Under the pieces are notes generated by a model. That model saw nothing but the letters and a program-made list of their open reading frames with translations, was not told the DNA's origin and made no database searches. Shown here piece by piece: positions 8,668 to 17,623 of a stretch of 64,000 nt of DNA. How positions within the stretch are numbered: position 1 is the first letter of the stretch; each line of letters opens with the position of its first letter. Source of the stretch: an uncultured Erysipelotrichaceae bacterium (GTDB lineage: Bacteria > Bacillota_I > Bacilli_A > Erysipelotrichales > Erysipelotrichaceae); assembly GCA_964370065.1 (NCBI GenBank), contig CAYJGK010000003.1, forward strand, positions 12,381 through 76,380, written 5' to 3'. Made by a program: the position numbers and the translations under genes.

Positions 8668-9924
8668 ATGAATAAAACATATTTGTGTATTGATTTAAAA
8701 ACATTTTACGCCTCCGTAGAATGTGTAGAAAGAGGATTAGATCCTTTTCAAGTGGCATTAGTTGTGGCAGATAAAACAAGAGGACCTGGAGCCATAACAT
8801 TAGCTATTTCTACTAAATTAAAACAACAAGGTGTACGCAATCGATGTCGTTTGTATGAAATTCCAAAGGGAATTGATTATCTTATCGCTAAACCGCGTAT
8901 GAGTCTCTATATAGACTATGCAGCGCAAGTGTATGCTATTTATTTAAAATACATTGCGAAAGAAGATATTTACATGTATTCCATTGATGAAGCTTTTTTA
9001 GACATTACTAGTTATCTGACATTATATGAGAAAAATGCTGTTGAAATAGGGCAAATGATTATGGATGACATTAGAAATACTTTGCATTTGTATGTGAGTA
9101 TAGGAATTGGTGATAATTTATATTTAGCTAAAGTGGCTTTAGATATATTGGCAAAGCATAGCAGTAATCAAATGGCTTATTTAAGTGAAACGTTATACCG
9201 AAAACAATTATGGCACCATACGCCGTTAACTGACTTTTGGCAAATCGGTTCAAAGATACAAAAAAGATTGTATGCTTATAGTATTCAAACCATGCATGAT
9301 ATAACAATGTGCCCTCCCTCTGTATTAATTAAAGAATTCGGAGTGAAAGGTCAGTATTTAATAGATCATGCATGGGGAAAAGAAGAAACAACCATGCATG
9401 ATATAAAGCGTTATCAAACGAGTCAGCAATCAATTAGTAATAGTCAAATCTTATTTGAAGACTATACATACGAAGAAGCTTATATTGTAGTGAAAGAAAT
9501 GATTGAAAGTAATGTCTTACAGTTAGTGAAACATAAAGTAGTATGCGATAAAATAAGTATTCGGGTAAGGTATTCTAAAGAGAGTCATAAAAGCAGTGGA
9601 AAAAGCAAAACATTACAACATAAAACAAATTCGTATGCGTATTTGAAAAAAGAGTTAATACAACTTTATGAAGAAACCACATCGAAAGTACATTATATAC
9701 GTAGTATTGCCATTTCTTTTGGGCATATTCTAGATGAAAAGTTAGCTACTTTTGATTTATTTAGCGACCATGAACAATTAGAAAAAGAGAAACAACTACA
9801 AGAAACCATTCTATTAATTAAAGATAAGTATGGAAAAAATGCAATTTTAAAAGGTATGAATGTGCAAGAAAAAGCAACAGCTAGACAAAGAAATAAACTA
9901 ATTGGAGGACACAATGCTAAATAA
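8668..9924 (+). CDS. Y-family DNA polymerase (ImpB/MucB/SamB; UvrX/UmuC-like)
   Basis: 418 aa. IDLKTFYASVECVERGLDP catalytic N-terminus, SIDEAFLDIT motif, little-finger region. Confidence 0.9.
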   Translation: MNKTYLCIDLKTFYASVECVERGLDPFQVALVVADKTRGPGAITLAISTKLKQQGVRNRCRLYEIPKGIDYLIAKPRMSLYIDYAAQVYAIYLKYIAKEDIYMYSIDEAFLDITSYLTLYEKNAVEIGQMIMDDIRNTLHLYVSIGIGDNLYLAKVALDILAKHSSNQMAYLSETLYRKQLWHHTPLTDFWQIGSKIQKRLYAYSIQTMHDITMCPPSVLIKEFGVKGQYLIDHAWGKEETTMHDIKRYQTSQQSISNSQILFEDYTYEEAYIVVKEMIESNVLQLVKHKVVCDKISIRVRYSKESHKSSGKSKTLQHKTNSYAYLKKELIQLYEETTSKVHYIRSIAISFGHILDEKLATFDLFSDHEQLEKEKQLQETILLIKDKYGKNAILKGMNVQEKATARQRNKLIGGHNAK

Positions 9925-10222
9925 ACAAAGAGCGAGTCAATTTTTGGCGTTTGATGCATTAAAAGGATTCCGAGAAAAATTGAAAGAAAAAGAGCGTGTC
10001 AGGGTTACTAGAAAAATATTGATGGAAGGACACTTACAAGAATTAAATGAGAAAATTCATAATTTACAAAAAGGGCAAATGGTCAAAATCGTATATTTTG
10101 ATCAAGATGATTATGTAGAAATGCAAGGGCTGGTTGCCAAAATAGACTTATTATATGAAAAGCAAATTCAAATTGTCCAAACAAAGATTGCTTTATGCGA
10201 TATTTATGAAATTTTCTTTTAA
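9914..10222 (+). CDS. YolD-like protein (polymerase accessory candidate)
   Basis: 102 aa from the ATG at 9914, with GGAGGA 5 nt upstream. The ORF-track start at 9902 is less likely. Size, position after a Y-family polymerase and the ...V.I.Y......G.V..ID....I.I pattern fit the YolD family. Confidence 0.6.
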   Translation: MLNKQRASQFLAFDALKGFREKLKEKERVRVTRKILMEGHLQELNEKIHNLQKGQMVKIVYFDQDDYVEMQGLVAKIDLLYEKQIQIVQTKIALCDIYEIFF

Positions 10223-10273
10223 AAAGAAAAAGCATGTGCTATAATCAAAAAGTTAAATTTTAGAAAGAAGGAA

Positions 10274-10924
10274 ATGATTATGATTAAAAAATATGTGCCC
10301 ACATTTTTAACAGCAATTTTAGCTGGATTAATTATTGTCGTAGGAGCTAGTGCCTATTTATGTTTAGAAAACCATACGTTAGGAGCTATTTTATTTACAA
10401 TTGGATTGTTTACTATTTACACATTGGATTTTAGTTTATTTACAGGTAAAGTTGGCTATTTATTTACTGATAAGACAGTAACAGTAAAGAAAATTATTAT
10501 TATTTGGTGTGGTAACTTTGCAGGAGCATTTGTAGGAGCGTATGCTATTTTAGCGACACGTTTAGTGGAAACAACAAATATGGTTGTGAATGTAAAACAT
10601 TATGCAGAAATTAAAATAGCTGATGGATATGTAAGTGTGTTTATTTTAGCGATGTTCTGCGGAATTATGATGTATATTGCTGCTGAAACATATAAAAGAA
10701 CACAACATACTGCAAATAGCACAGGAGGATATATTGGATTATTCTTAGTTGTTATGACTTTCTTATTATTAGGATTTGAGCATAGCATTGCTAATATCTT
10801 CTACTTTACCTTAGCACAAGTTTGGAGTGTAGAAGCATTTGTTGCTTTGTTAGTAGCGAGTTTAGGGAATGCCGTTGGGGGAATGTTAATTCCTAATGTA
10901 TTGAAATTAGCGAATATTAAATAA
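10274..10924 (+). CDS. formate/nitrite transporter (FNT) family protein
   Basis: 216 aa, 6 TM, FEHSIANIFY signature. Confidence 0.8.
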   Translation: MIMIKKYVPTFLTAILAGLIIVVGASAYLCLENHTLGAILFTIGLFTIYTLDFSLFTGKVGYLFTDKTVTVKKIIIIWCGNFAGAFVGAYAILATRLVETTNMVVNVKHYAEIKIADGYVSVFILAMFCGIMMYIAAETYKRTQHTANSTGGYIGLFLVVMTFLLLGFEHSIANIFYFTLAQVWSVEAFVALLVASLGNAVGGMLIPNVLKLANIK

Positions 10925-10928
10925 ATTT

Positions 10929-10953
10929 AAAAGAGGCAGCGCCTCTTTTTTTT
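10929..10953 (+). terminator. intrinsic terminator
   Basis: aaaagaggc-agc-gcctctttttttt. Confidence 0.8.
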
Positions 10954-10965
10954 AAACAAATAAAT

Positions 10966-10993
10966 AAAAAACACTTCAGCAGTGAAGTGTTTA
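10966..10993 (-). terminator. intrinsic terminator of the hemolysin III gene
   Basis: acacttca-gcag-tgaagtgt hairpin with a T-run on the minus strand. Confidence 0.75.
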
Positions 10994-11659
10994 TAAGACA
11001 TAAAATATAATGGCAAATGCATGGGTAATACTGCCTAATAAAACAAAAATATGAAATACGCAGTGCATATATGTTTGTTTGTGACCGATGGCATAAAGAA
11101 TGGCACCTATTGTGTAGAAGATTCCACCCCCTAGGATTAAAATAAACCCATGTATGCCAACAACTTCAAGTAATACATTGGCATAGACAATAATTGCCCA
11201 TCCCATTACTAAATTACAAAGCATAGAGAAAATCTGATATTTTTTAACATCAATAGCAGTGAAAATGATTGCAACAATGGCTAATCCCCATTCTAAAGCT
11301 AATAACCCCCAACCAAGAGTGGGATAAACGGGGATAATCTTTACAACGACAATTGGTGTATAAGTACCAGCAATTAAAAAGTAAATAGCGCAGTGATCTA
11401 AGATTTGCATCACTTTCTTTGCTGTACTTTTTGGTAGTCCATGATAAATACTTGACATGGTATATAATAAGATACTACTTAATCCATATATAATAGATGT
11501 AATCACACCTGCAATGCTGCCATGCATGGCTGCAATAACAACACAAGTAATTAATACCACAACACTGATACCAGCACCGACGATGTGAGAAACAGAGTTA
11601 AAAATTTCTTCACCTTGTTTATAGTTAGGTAAGATACGATCTGCTAATTTTGTACGCAT
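10991..11659 (-). CDS. hemolysin III / PAQR family membrane protein
   Basis: 222 aa, 7 TM. SHIVGAG, HGLP...LDHCAIY and HIFVLLGS motifs. Confidence 0.9.
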   Translation of the reverse strand: MRTKLADRILPNYKQGEEIFNSVSHIVGAGISVVVLITCVVIAAMHGSIAGVITSIIYGLSSILLYTMSSIYHGLPKSTAKKVMQILDHCAIYFLIAGTYTPIVVVKIIPVYPTLGWGLLALEWGLAIVAIIFTAIDVKKYQIFSMLCNLVMGWAIIVYANVLLEVVGIHGFILILGGGIFYTIGAILYAIGHKQTYMHCVFHIFVLLGSITHAFAIIFYVL

Positions 11660-11843
11660 ATTATTCCTCCTTTAGTATAATGTATACTATTTTACCATAA
11701 AAATAATAATAAGGGAAAGAGAACACAGGCATTTACGTAAACAATAACTGTATAAAGCATGTTAAATGATGTGAATGAATAGTTCTACTTTACAAAGTAA
11801 ATAGAATCGCTATAATAAAATTATTATAAAGAGGTGGAAAATA

Positions 11844-12257
11844 ATGAATAAAATTAAAAATGCATTAATCCGATTCATGTATGGAAGATATATAATGTAT
11901 GGAGGCGATGCACTTAATAGATGTTTACAAATTGTAGCGATTGTGATTTTACTATTAAATATATTCATTTTAGGAAATGAGATAGTAAGTATTCTTGTAT
12001 GGGCTGTATTAATTTTTCAGATGTATCGATTACTATCTAAAAATATTACACGCAGAAGAAAGGAAAATGAAGCGTTTCTTAAATTAATTAGACCTATTAC
12101 GAAGCGTAAAAACTTAGCCAATAAAGCAAAACAAGATCCTAATCACAAATACTTTATTTGTCCAAAATGTGGACAGAATGTAAGAGTGCCTAAAGGACGA
12201 GGAAAGATTACAATTACCTGTCCAAAATGTGGACATAAATTTAATAAAAGGAGTTAA
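11844..12257 (+). CDS. membrane-anchored zinc-ribbon protein
   Basis: 137 aa. One or two TM segments, then CPKCGQNVRVPKGRGKITITCPKCGHKF (two CxxC pairs). Confidence 0.55.
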   Translation: MNKIKNALIRFMYGRYIMYGGDALNRCLQIVAIVILLLNIFILGNEIVSILVWAVLIFQMYRLLSKNITRRRKENEAFLKLIRPITKRKNLANKAKQDPNHKYFICPKCGQNVRVPKGRGKITITCPKCGHKFNKRS

Positions 12258-12261
12258 GTAA

Positions 12262-12507
12262 ATGAGTATTATTTATATTATATTATTTATCCTATTAATG
12301 AATGTTATGCGCTTTAATTTCTTTTTTGGAATCATAGCTTATATTTTCTTATTTAGTATGTTACGTAAAAATACGAGACGATCGACTTATTATCAAAGTG
12401 GAAATGGTGGCTATCAAAGAACGTATAGTAATCAACAACAAAGACAACAAGACCCACGTGTTCAAGGTGCAATTGATATCGAATTTAGTGAAGAAGAAAT
12501 AGCATAA
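12262..12507 (+). CDS. small membrane protein, unknown function
   Basis: 81 aa, starting 5 nt after the previous stop. Hydrophobic N-terminal half and a Q/N/Y-rich tail. No family recognised. Confidence 0.4.
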   Translation: MSIIYIILFILLMNVMRFNFFFGIIAYIFLFSMLRKNTRRSTYYQSGNGGYQRTYSNQQQRQQDPRVQGAIDIEFSEEEIA

Positions 12508-12551
12508 CAATTTAAAAGTATGCCTACATAAAATGTTTTAGTATTCACAAT

Positions 12552-12582
12552 AAGCAATAGAAATAAAACTATTGCTTTTTTT
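12552..12582 (+). terminator. intrinsic terminator
   Basis: aagcaatag / ctattgctt hairpin plus T7. Confidence 0.75.
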
Positions 12583-12670
12583 ACGAGAAAAATGTAACAG
12601 CTTTCATAAAAATGTTGTGTATTTATTTATTTTTGATATACTTTTAGAAGATAGAAAGTAGAGGGTGTAT

Positions 12671-13660
12671 ATGACTAGAATTATAGATGTCGCAAAAAAA
12701 GCAGGAGTTTCGGTATCCACTGTTTCGAAAGTATTAAAAAACTATCCGAATGTAAGTATGCAGACCAAGGAAAAAGTCAATGCAGCAATTGTAGAGTTAG
12801 ACTATGTACCCAATGTGATTGCTTCGGCATTATCTACTAAAAACTATAATCGAATTGCTATTTGGATCAATTTCAATAATGAAAAACAAGCTATAGATGA
12901 AATTAATATGCAATATTTATTTGGTGCATTAAGTGAAGCTAAAAAATTAGGATTACATGTTTTGCCTGTATTCTCGTACATGTATAGTGAAAGTAGTAGT
13001 GAAGAACTAACGCGTTACTTTAGATCAGAAGGAGTTACTGGAATTATTGCCTATGGATTAAATAAAGAAGATGCTAATATATTAGAGGTCATTAAAGGCA
13101 ATTGCTTTTTATGCGTGGCGTCTGATACGGATTTTAGTGATCATAAAATAACATCAGTTTCCATTGATAATATACAAGCCCAATATGAAGTCGCTAAAAA
13201 AACAATTGATGGAAAATATTGTAAGAAGGTATTATACTTAGCAGGAAAAGAAAACGGGTTTGTAACAAACCCTCGTATCCAAGGGATTTTAAAACTGCAA
13301 AAGGAATTAGGGTTTTCCTTAACCATTGAGCACGCTGACTTTAGTGAAAAGAAGGCAAGAGAAATTGTACAGCGTATCGGAGTAAATAGTGATGTGATCG
13401 TATGTGCATCCGACTTGATGGCTATTGGTGCTAAAAATGCATTAAAAGAAATGGATATTTTTAGACCGATTTGTGGATTTGATGGCATCACACTAATGGG
13501 TTATGTAGGGGAGGAAATGTATACCGTGCGTCAAGATTTTTATCATCTATCAGAGGAGTGCGTAAAGGAAGTGAAAAGATTGATTGATGGGGAAGTAGGA
13601 CATAAAAGGCTGATTGAACATGAATTAGTTCAAATAGCCTATCAAGAAGTTTTATTATAA
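12671..13660 (+). CDS. LacI family transcriptional regulator (MalR-like)
   Basis: HTH IIDVAKKAGVSVSTVSKVLKN plus a periplasmic-binding-protein-like sugar domain. The ATG at 12671 is preferred over the GTG at 12665 (GAGGGTG RBS). Confidence 0.9.
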   Translation: MTRIIDVAKKAGVSVSTVSKVLKNYPNVSMQTKEKVNAAIVELDYVPNVIASALSTKNYNRIAIWINFNNEKQAIDEINMQYLFGALSEAKKLGLHVLPVFSYMYSESSSEELTRYFRSEGVTGIIAYGLNKEDANILEVIKGNCFLCVASDTDFSDHKITSVSIDNIQAQYEVAKKTIDGKYCKKVLYLAGKENGFVTNPRIQGILKLQKELGFSLTIEHADFSEKKAREIVQRIGVNSDVIVCASDLMAIGAKNALKEMDIFRPICGFDGITLMGYVGEEMYTVRQDFYHLSEECVKEVKRLIDGEVGHKRLIEHELVQIAYQEVLL

Positions 13661-13708
13661 AGGTTAGTAAAGATACGTCAAATTGTATCTTTTATTTGCA
13701 ATTGTTTG

Positions 13709-13723
13709 CTGAAAACGTTTTCT
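13709..13723. promoter_or_regulatory. LacI-family/cre-type operator in the malQ promoter region
   Basis: cTGAAAACGTTTTCt contains the perfect 12-nt palindrome GAAAACGTTTTC. It matches WTGNAANCGNWNNCW at all but the first position. Confidence 0.6.
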
Positions 13724-13807
13724 TATGGTACACTTCAATAAGAGGTGACACAACGAAAACACAGCTACAACAAAGAAATTTGGAAATTAAAATAAGGAGA
13801 AAAAAGA

Positions 13808-15286
13808 ATGAGACAAACAGGTATACTAGCTCCCGTATCCGCATTACCTGGGCAATATGGTATAGGTGACTTTGGTCAAGTTGCTTATACTTTTATTGAC
13901 ACATTAGCAAAGAGTAAAGTAAAAGTATGGCAAATTCTACCATTAAATCCAGTGGGATATGCAAATTCGCCATATCAACCTTATTCTTCTTATGCAGGGG
14001 ATGAATTATACATCGATATTGATGAATTAGTAAAACAAGGCTATATTGATGAAAATACGATACGTAAACGAGTTAAGAAAACAAGTGAAATACACTATGA
14101 ATCAGTACGCAATTTTAAAAATAAATACTTGCATTTAGCTTTTGAGAAAGCTAAAAAAGATAATGTATTACAAAGAAAGATAATACAGTTTGTGGAAGAA
14201 CAAAAATGGGTATATGCCTATGCTGTTTTTATCACATTTAAAAAAGAAAACAATTTAAAATGTTGGTTAGAATGGCCAGTTACACAAAAAATATGGATGC
14301 AACATAAAAGTGAGCTCAACACTAAACAAGAGACGCAAGTGCAATATGAAATATTCATTCAATATTTATTTTATACACAATGGATGAAATTAAAACAATA
14401 TGCAAACGATTTAAATGTTGCAATTATGGGAGATATTCCTATTTATGTTGGGGTTGATTCAGCAGACGTTTGGGAACATAAATCATGTTTCTTGTTAGAT
14501 GATAGCGGGTATCCTACTTTTGTAGCAGGTGTGCCACCAGATTACTTTAGTGAAACAGGACAAAGATGGGGAAACCCGTTATATGATTGGCATTATTTAC
14601 AAGAACACAACTTTGATTTTTGGATTGCTCGTTTAGCCTACTCAAACTTGATTTATGATATTGTACGCATTGATCATTTCCGTGCATTTGATACGTATTG
14701 GAAGATACCAGTTAACTGTCCAACTGCTATGGAAGGAGAATGGGTGGAAGCACCAGGCTATGCATTATTCGATGAAATTAATAAACGGTTACCAACTATT
14801 CATATCGTTGTAGAAGACTTAGGGGATTTAAGACCAGAAGTCCTACAATTACGAGATCATTATTGCTTAAGTGGTATGAAAATTGTTCAATTTGCCTTAG
14901 ACCCTAATGAAGAAAATGAGGATTTCACTGAAAAAAGTAATACAATTGTTTATACCGGGACACACGATAATCAAACAATTGCTGGATGGTATAAATGTTT
15001 ACATCGAAATGATCAAAAGAAATTAGCGAACAAGTTAAAAAAATATCCAAACCGCAGTACAGTAGAAAGAATTATCCATCATACGATGGACTCTTCAGCT
15101 GAGTTAGTTATTTTACCAATCCAAGATATATTAAAACTAGACGATCGTGCTCGCTTGAATACACCAGGTACAATTGGTAGCCCAAATTGGAATTGGAAGT
15201 TAAAAGATTACCAAAGATGGAATGAACGGCTAGAGTATTTAGCTGACTTAATTCAAGAAACAAAGCGTACGGCTTCAAAATCGTGA
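13808..15286 (+). CDS. malQ: 4-alpha-glucanotransferase (amylomaltase, GH77)
   Basis: 492 aa. GILAPVSALPGQYGIGDFG N-terminus, IMGDIPIYV, QRWGNPLYDW, RIDHFRAF motifs. Confidence 0.95.
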   Translation: MRQTGILAPVSALPGQYGIGDFGQVAYTFIDTLAKSKVKVWQILPLNPVGYANSPYQPYSSYAGDELYIDIDELVKQGYIDENTIRKRVKKTSEIHYESVRNFKNKYLHLAFEKAKKDNVLQRKIIQFVEEQKWVYAYAVFITFKKENNLKCWLEWPVTQKIWMQHKSELNTKQETQVQYEIFIQYLFYTQWMKLKQYANDLNVAIMGDIPIYVGVDSADVWEHKSCFLLDDSGYPTFVAGVPPDYFSETGQRWGNPLYDWHYLQEHNFDFWIARLAYSNLIYDIVRIDHFRAFDTYWKIPVNCPTAMEGEWVEAPGYALFDEINKRLPTIHIVVEDLGDLRPEVLQLRDHYCLSGMKIVQFALDPNEENEDFTEKSNTIVYTGTHDNQTIAGWYKCLHRNDQKKLANKLKKYPNRSTVERIIHHTMDSSAELVILPIQDILKLDDRARLNTPGTIGSPNWNWKLKDYQRWNERLEYLADLIQETKRTASKS

Positions 15287-15544
15287 AAAAAATATTGGAA
15301 TATAACTTTCAAGTGGAAGTTGTTCCACCATATGGTAGTTTTAAATTATATTACGAAAAAAATATAGCAATATATAAGGGAAAATAAAATGTATTTTGAT
15401 TACACCCCTATTTGCAGACAGCATCGTTTATGAGGGTGATTCAATAGTAATAAATGAGTGTTCAAAATCATGTATATCAAGTTTTTATGGTTGCATGTAT
15501 AGTAGGTTATGTTATAATTGATATAAGTAAAGGAGGGTTTACTA

Positions 15545-15718
15545 ATGCCGATTACAATTAACCTAGATACTTGTATTGGATGTGGAGCTTGTACTTCAGT
15601 TTGTCCAGTAGAAGCGTTATCATTAAACGATGAAGGAAAAGCAATCGTTGATGAAGCAATGTGTATTGACTGCGGAGCATGTGTAGGAACATGTCCTGTA
15701 GAATCGATTTCACTATAA
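15545..15718 (+). CDS. 2x[4Fe-4S] ferredoxin (57 aa; below the ORF-track size cutoff)
   Basis: MPITINLDTCIGCGACTSVCPVEALSLNDEGKAIVDEAMCIDCGACVGTCPVESISL contains two CxxCxxCxxxCP motifs. AAAGGAGGG RBS, upstream TTGCAT-16-TATAAT promoter with TG extension (15491-15518), terminator at 15719-15743. Confidence 0.85.
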   Translation: MPITINLDTCIGCGACTSVCPVEALSLNDEGKAIVDEAMCIDCGACVGTCPVESISL

Positions 15719-15743
15719 ACCAAGCCCCCTGCTTGGTTTTTTT
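15719..15743 (+). terminator. intrinsic terminator after the ferredoxin gene
   Basis: accaagc-ccccT-gcttggt plus T6. Confidence 0.8.
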
Positions 15744-15778
15744 ATGAATGCAGTAGTTAACCGTGAAGTGAGGATATT

Positions 15779-17215
15779 ATGAAAAAAGAAAATAATTGGA
15801 ATCTACCAAATTTAAAATTAGCGCAAAAGCGTACAAAAGATAAAGTGAAAATTGAAAAAAATGCATTCAGCGTCCCAGAACATATGCAAGCAATGGGAGC
15901 TGGGCGTAAGTTTTATTTGCGTACTTATGGGTGCCAAGCGAATGAGCGTGATGGAGAAAGTATTGCAGGTATTTTAGAACAACTAAAATTTAGTCAAGTA
16001 GATTCTCCACAAGAAGCAGATTTAATTTTATTTAATACTTGTGCAGTTCGAAAAAATGCGGAAGATAAAGTGATTGGAGAATTAGGGCATCTTAAAAAGT
16101 TAAAACAAAATAATCCAAATTTAATGTTTGCTTTATGTGGTTGTATGGCACAAGAAGAAGATGTTGTTGATTTTATTATAAAAAAGCATAAACATATTGA
16201 TTTAATTTTTGGGACACATAATATTCATCGATTACCTGATCTACTTTATCATACCATGATGCATAAAGAACGAACGATTGAAGTATTCTCAAAAGAAGGT
16301 GATGTTATTGAAAACTTACCTGTTAAACGTTTTGGAACACATAAAGCATGGGTTAATATAATGTATGGATGTGATAAATTTTGTACGTATTGTATTGTAC
16401 CTTATACAAGAGGAAAAGAAAGAAGTCGTGAGATTGTAGATATCTTGGAAGAAATTAATGTATTAAAACAAGAAGGATTTAAAGAAGTTACCTTACTTGG
16501 ACAAAATGTAAATTCTTATGGAAAAGATTTAGGAATGGAGAATGGGTTTGCTCAGTTAATGGAAGCAGTAGCGAAAACAGAGGTACCTCGTCTTCGTTTT
16601 ACAACATCACATCCTTTTGACTTTACAAAAGAAATGGTAGATGTTATTGCGGAATATGAAAACATTATGCCTTTTATACATTTACCAGTGCAATCAGGAG
16701 ATAGTGATATGCTGAAAATAATGGGTAGACGATATACGATTGAACAATACAAAGAACTGTATGATTATATCGTAGCCAATATTCCAGATTGTGCATTCTC
16801 GACTGATATTATTGTGGGATTTCCAAATGAAAGTGAAGAACAATTTCAACGTACATTAGATATTGTCGATTACTGTAAGTTTGATAATGCATTCACTTTT
16901 ATCTATTCACCAAGAGAAGGAACACCAGCCGCTAAAATGGATGATAATGTACCATTCCCTGAAAAACAAGAACGTTTACAGCGTTTAATGGCAAAAACAA
17001 ATGCACATGCATCAGCAAAAAATTTAGCTTGGCAAGGTCGTACTGTAAAAGTATTAGTCGATGGAAAAAGTAAAAAGAATAATGATGTATACAGTGGTTA
17101 TACAGAGCAAAATAAATTAGTGAACTTCACTGCTAAGAATGTAAAAGAAGGCGATATTGTTGAAGTGAAGATTATTGAAGCTAAAACTTGGACTCTAAAT
17201 GGAGAACAAATCTAA
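15779..17215 (+). CDS. miaB: tRNA (N6-isopentenyl-A37-C2)-methylthiotransferase
   Basis: 478 aa. UPF0004 N-domain (YLRTYGCQANERD), radical-SAM CDKFCTYC, C-terminal TRAM domain. Confidence 0.9.
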   Translation: MKKENNWNLPNLKLAQKRTKDKVKIEKNAFSVPEHMQAMGAGRKFYLRTYGCQANERDGESIAGILEQLKFSQVDSPQEADLILFNTCAVRKNAEDKVIGELGHLKKLKQNNPNLMFALCGCMAQEEDVVDFIIKKHKHIDLIFGTHNIHRLPDLLYHTMMHKERTIEVFSKEGDVIENLPVKRFGTHKAWVNIMYGCDKFCTYCIVPYTRGKERSREIVDILEEINVLKQEGFKEVTLLGQNVNSYGKDLGMENGFAQLMEAVAKTEVPRLRFTTSHPFDFTKEMVDVIAEYENIMPFIHLPVQSGDSDMLKIMGRRYTIEQYKELYDYIVANIPDCAFSTDIIVGFPNESEEQFQRTLDIVDYCKFDNAFTFIYSPREGTPAAKMDDNVPFPEKQERLQRLMAKTNAHASAKNLAWQGRTVKVLVDGKSKKNNDVYSGYTEQNKLVNFTAKNVKEGDIVEVKIIEAKTWTLNGEQI

Positions 17216-17223
17216 AAAAACTG

Positions 17224-17257
17224 CCCAATTCATTCTTGTTTAGAAGGATTGGGTTTT
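17224..17257 (+). terminator. intrinsic terminator after miaB
   Basis: cccaattc...ggattggg hairpin plus T-run. Confidence 0.65.
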
Positions 17258-17623
17258 ACTTTGCATAGAAATATTTTGTAATAATATCAGTGGACAGGTG
17301 GTATAGAGGCAATGACTACTGTTTGTTTATTTATAGATGGCAAACATCGAACAGCAATAAAAGTGTATTGTAAAAAAAGTAGTGGGATATTTAACTTGTT
17401 CGCAATGGTGACTTGTTTTGAAAAAGTCATACTCATGTATGCTAGAAAAGTTAGTGCAAAATAGATTTGCTCTTCCATTATAAAGGGAGTGTGATACAAT
17501 GTTGCTAAAGTTCAAAAGAAAACACTAAATTTTACACAATTGAACATAAAAAAAGGGGGGAAGTATATGAATCAATTATGAACTAAAAATTTCACAATTA
17601 TTACAATCGGTAGTGTTGTTTCC

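Noticed and set aside
8157-10222. Y-family polymerase cassette as part of an integrated mobile element.
   Set aside because: No integrase, relaxase, transposase, phage genes or flanking direct/inverted repeats are visible. The neighbours are ordinary transporters.
15400-15723. 107-aa minus-strand ORF from the ORF track.
   Set aside because: It is antisense to a textbook ferredoxin gene with RBS, promoter and terminator. It has no RBS or recognisable domain, and its Cys/His-poor sequence is a mirror artefact.
17499-17528. 9-codon ORF (MLLKFKRKH) upstream of the MFS transporter as a possible regulatory leader peptide.
   Set aside because: Its ATG overlaps the best candidate extended -10 element (TGATACAAT, 17492-17500). 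It would therefore lie at or upstream of the transcription start. No attenuator structure follows it.
17579-17581. Possibility that TGA encodes Trp (genetic code 4, Mollicutes-like), because the TGA in the MFS gene sits at a conserved Trp position.
   Set aside because: TGA clearly acts as a stop elsewhere, for example malQ at 15284-15286 and the GNAT gene at 19274-19276. All long housekeeping genes (valS, pheT, ppdK, rnj) are intact under code 11. A single TGG-to-TGA change is the simpler explanation.
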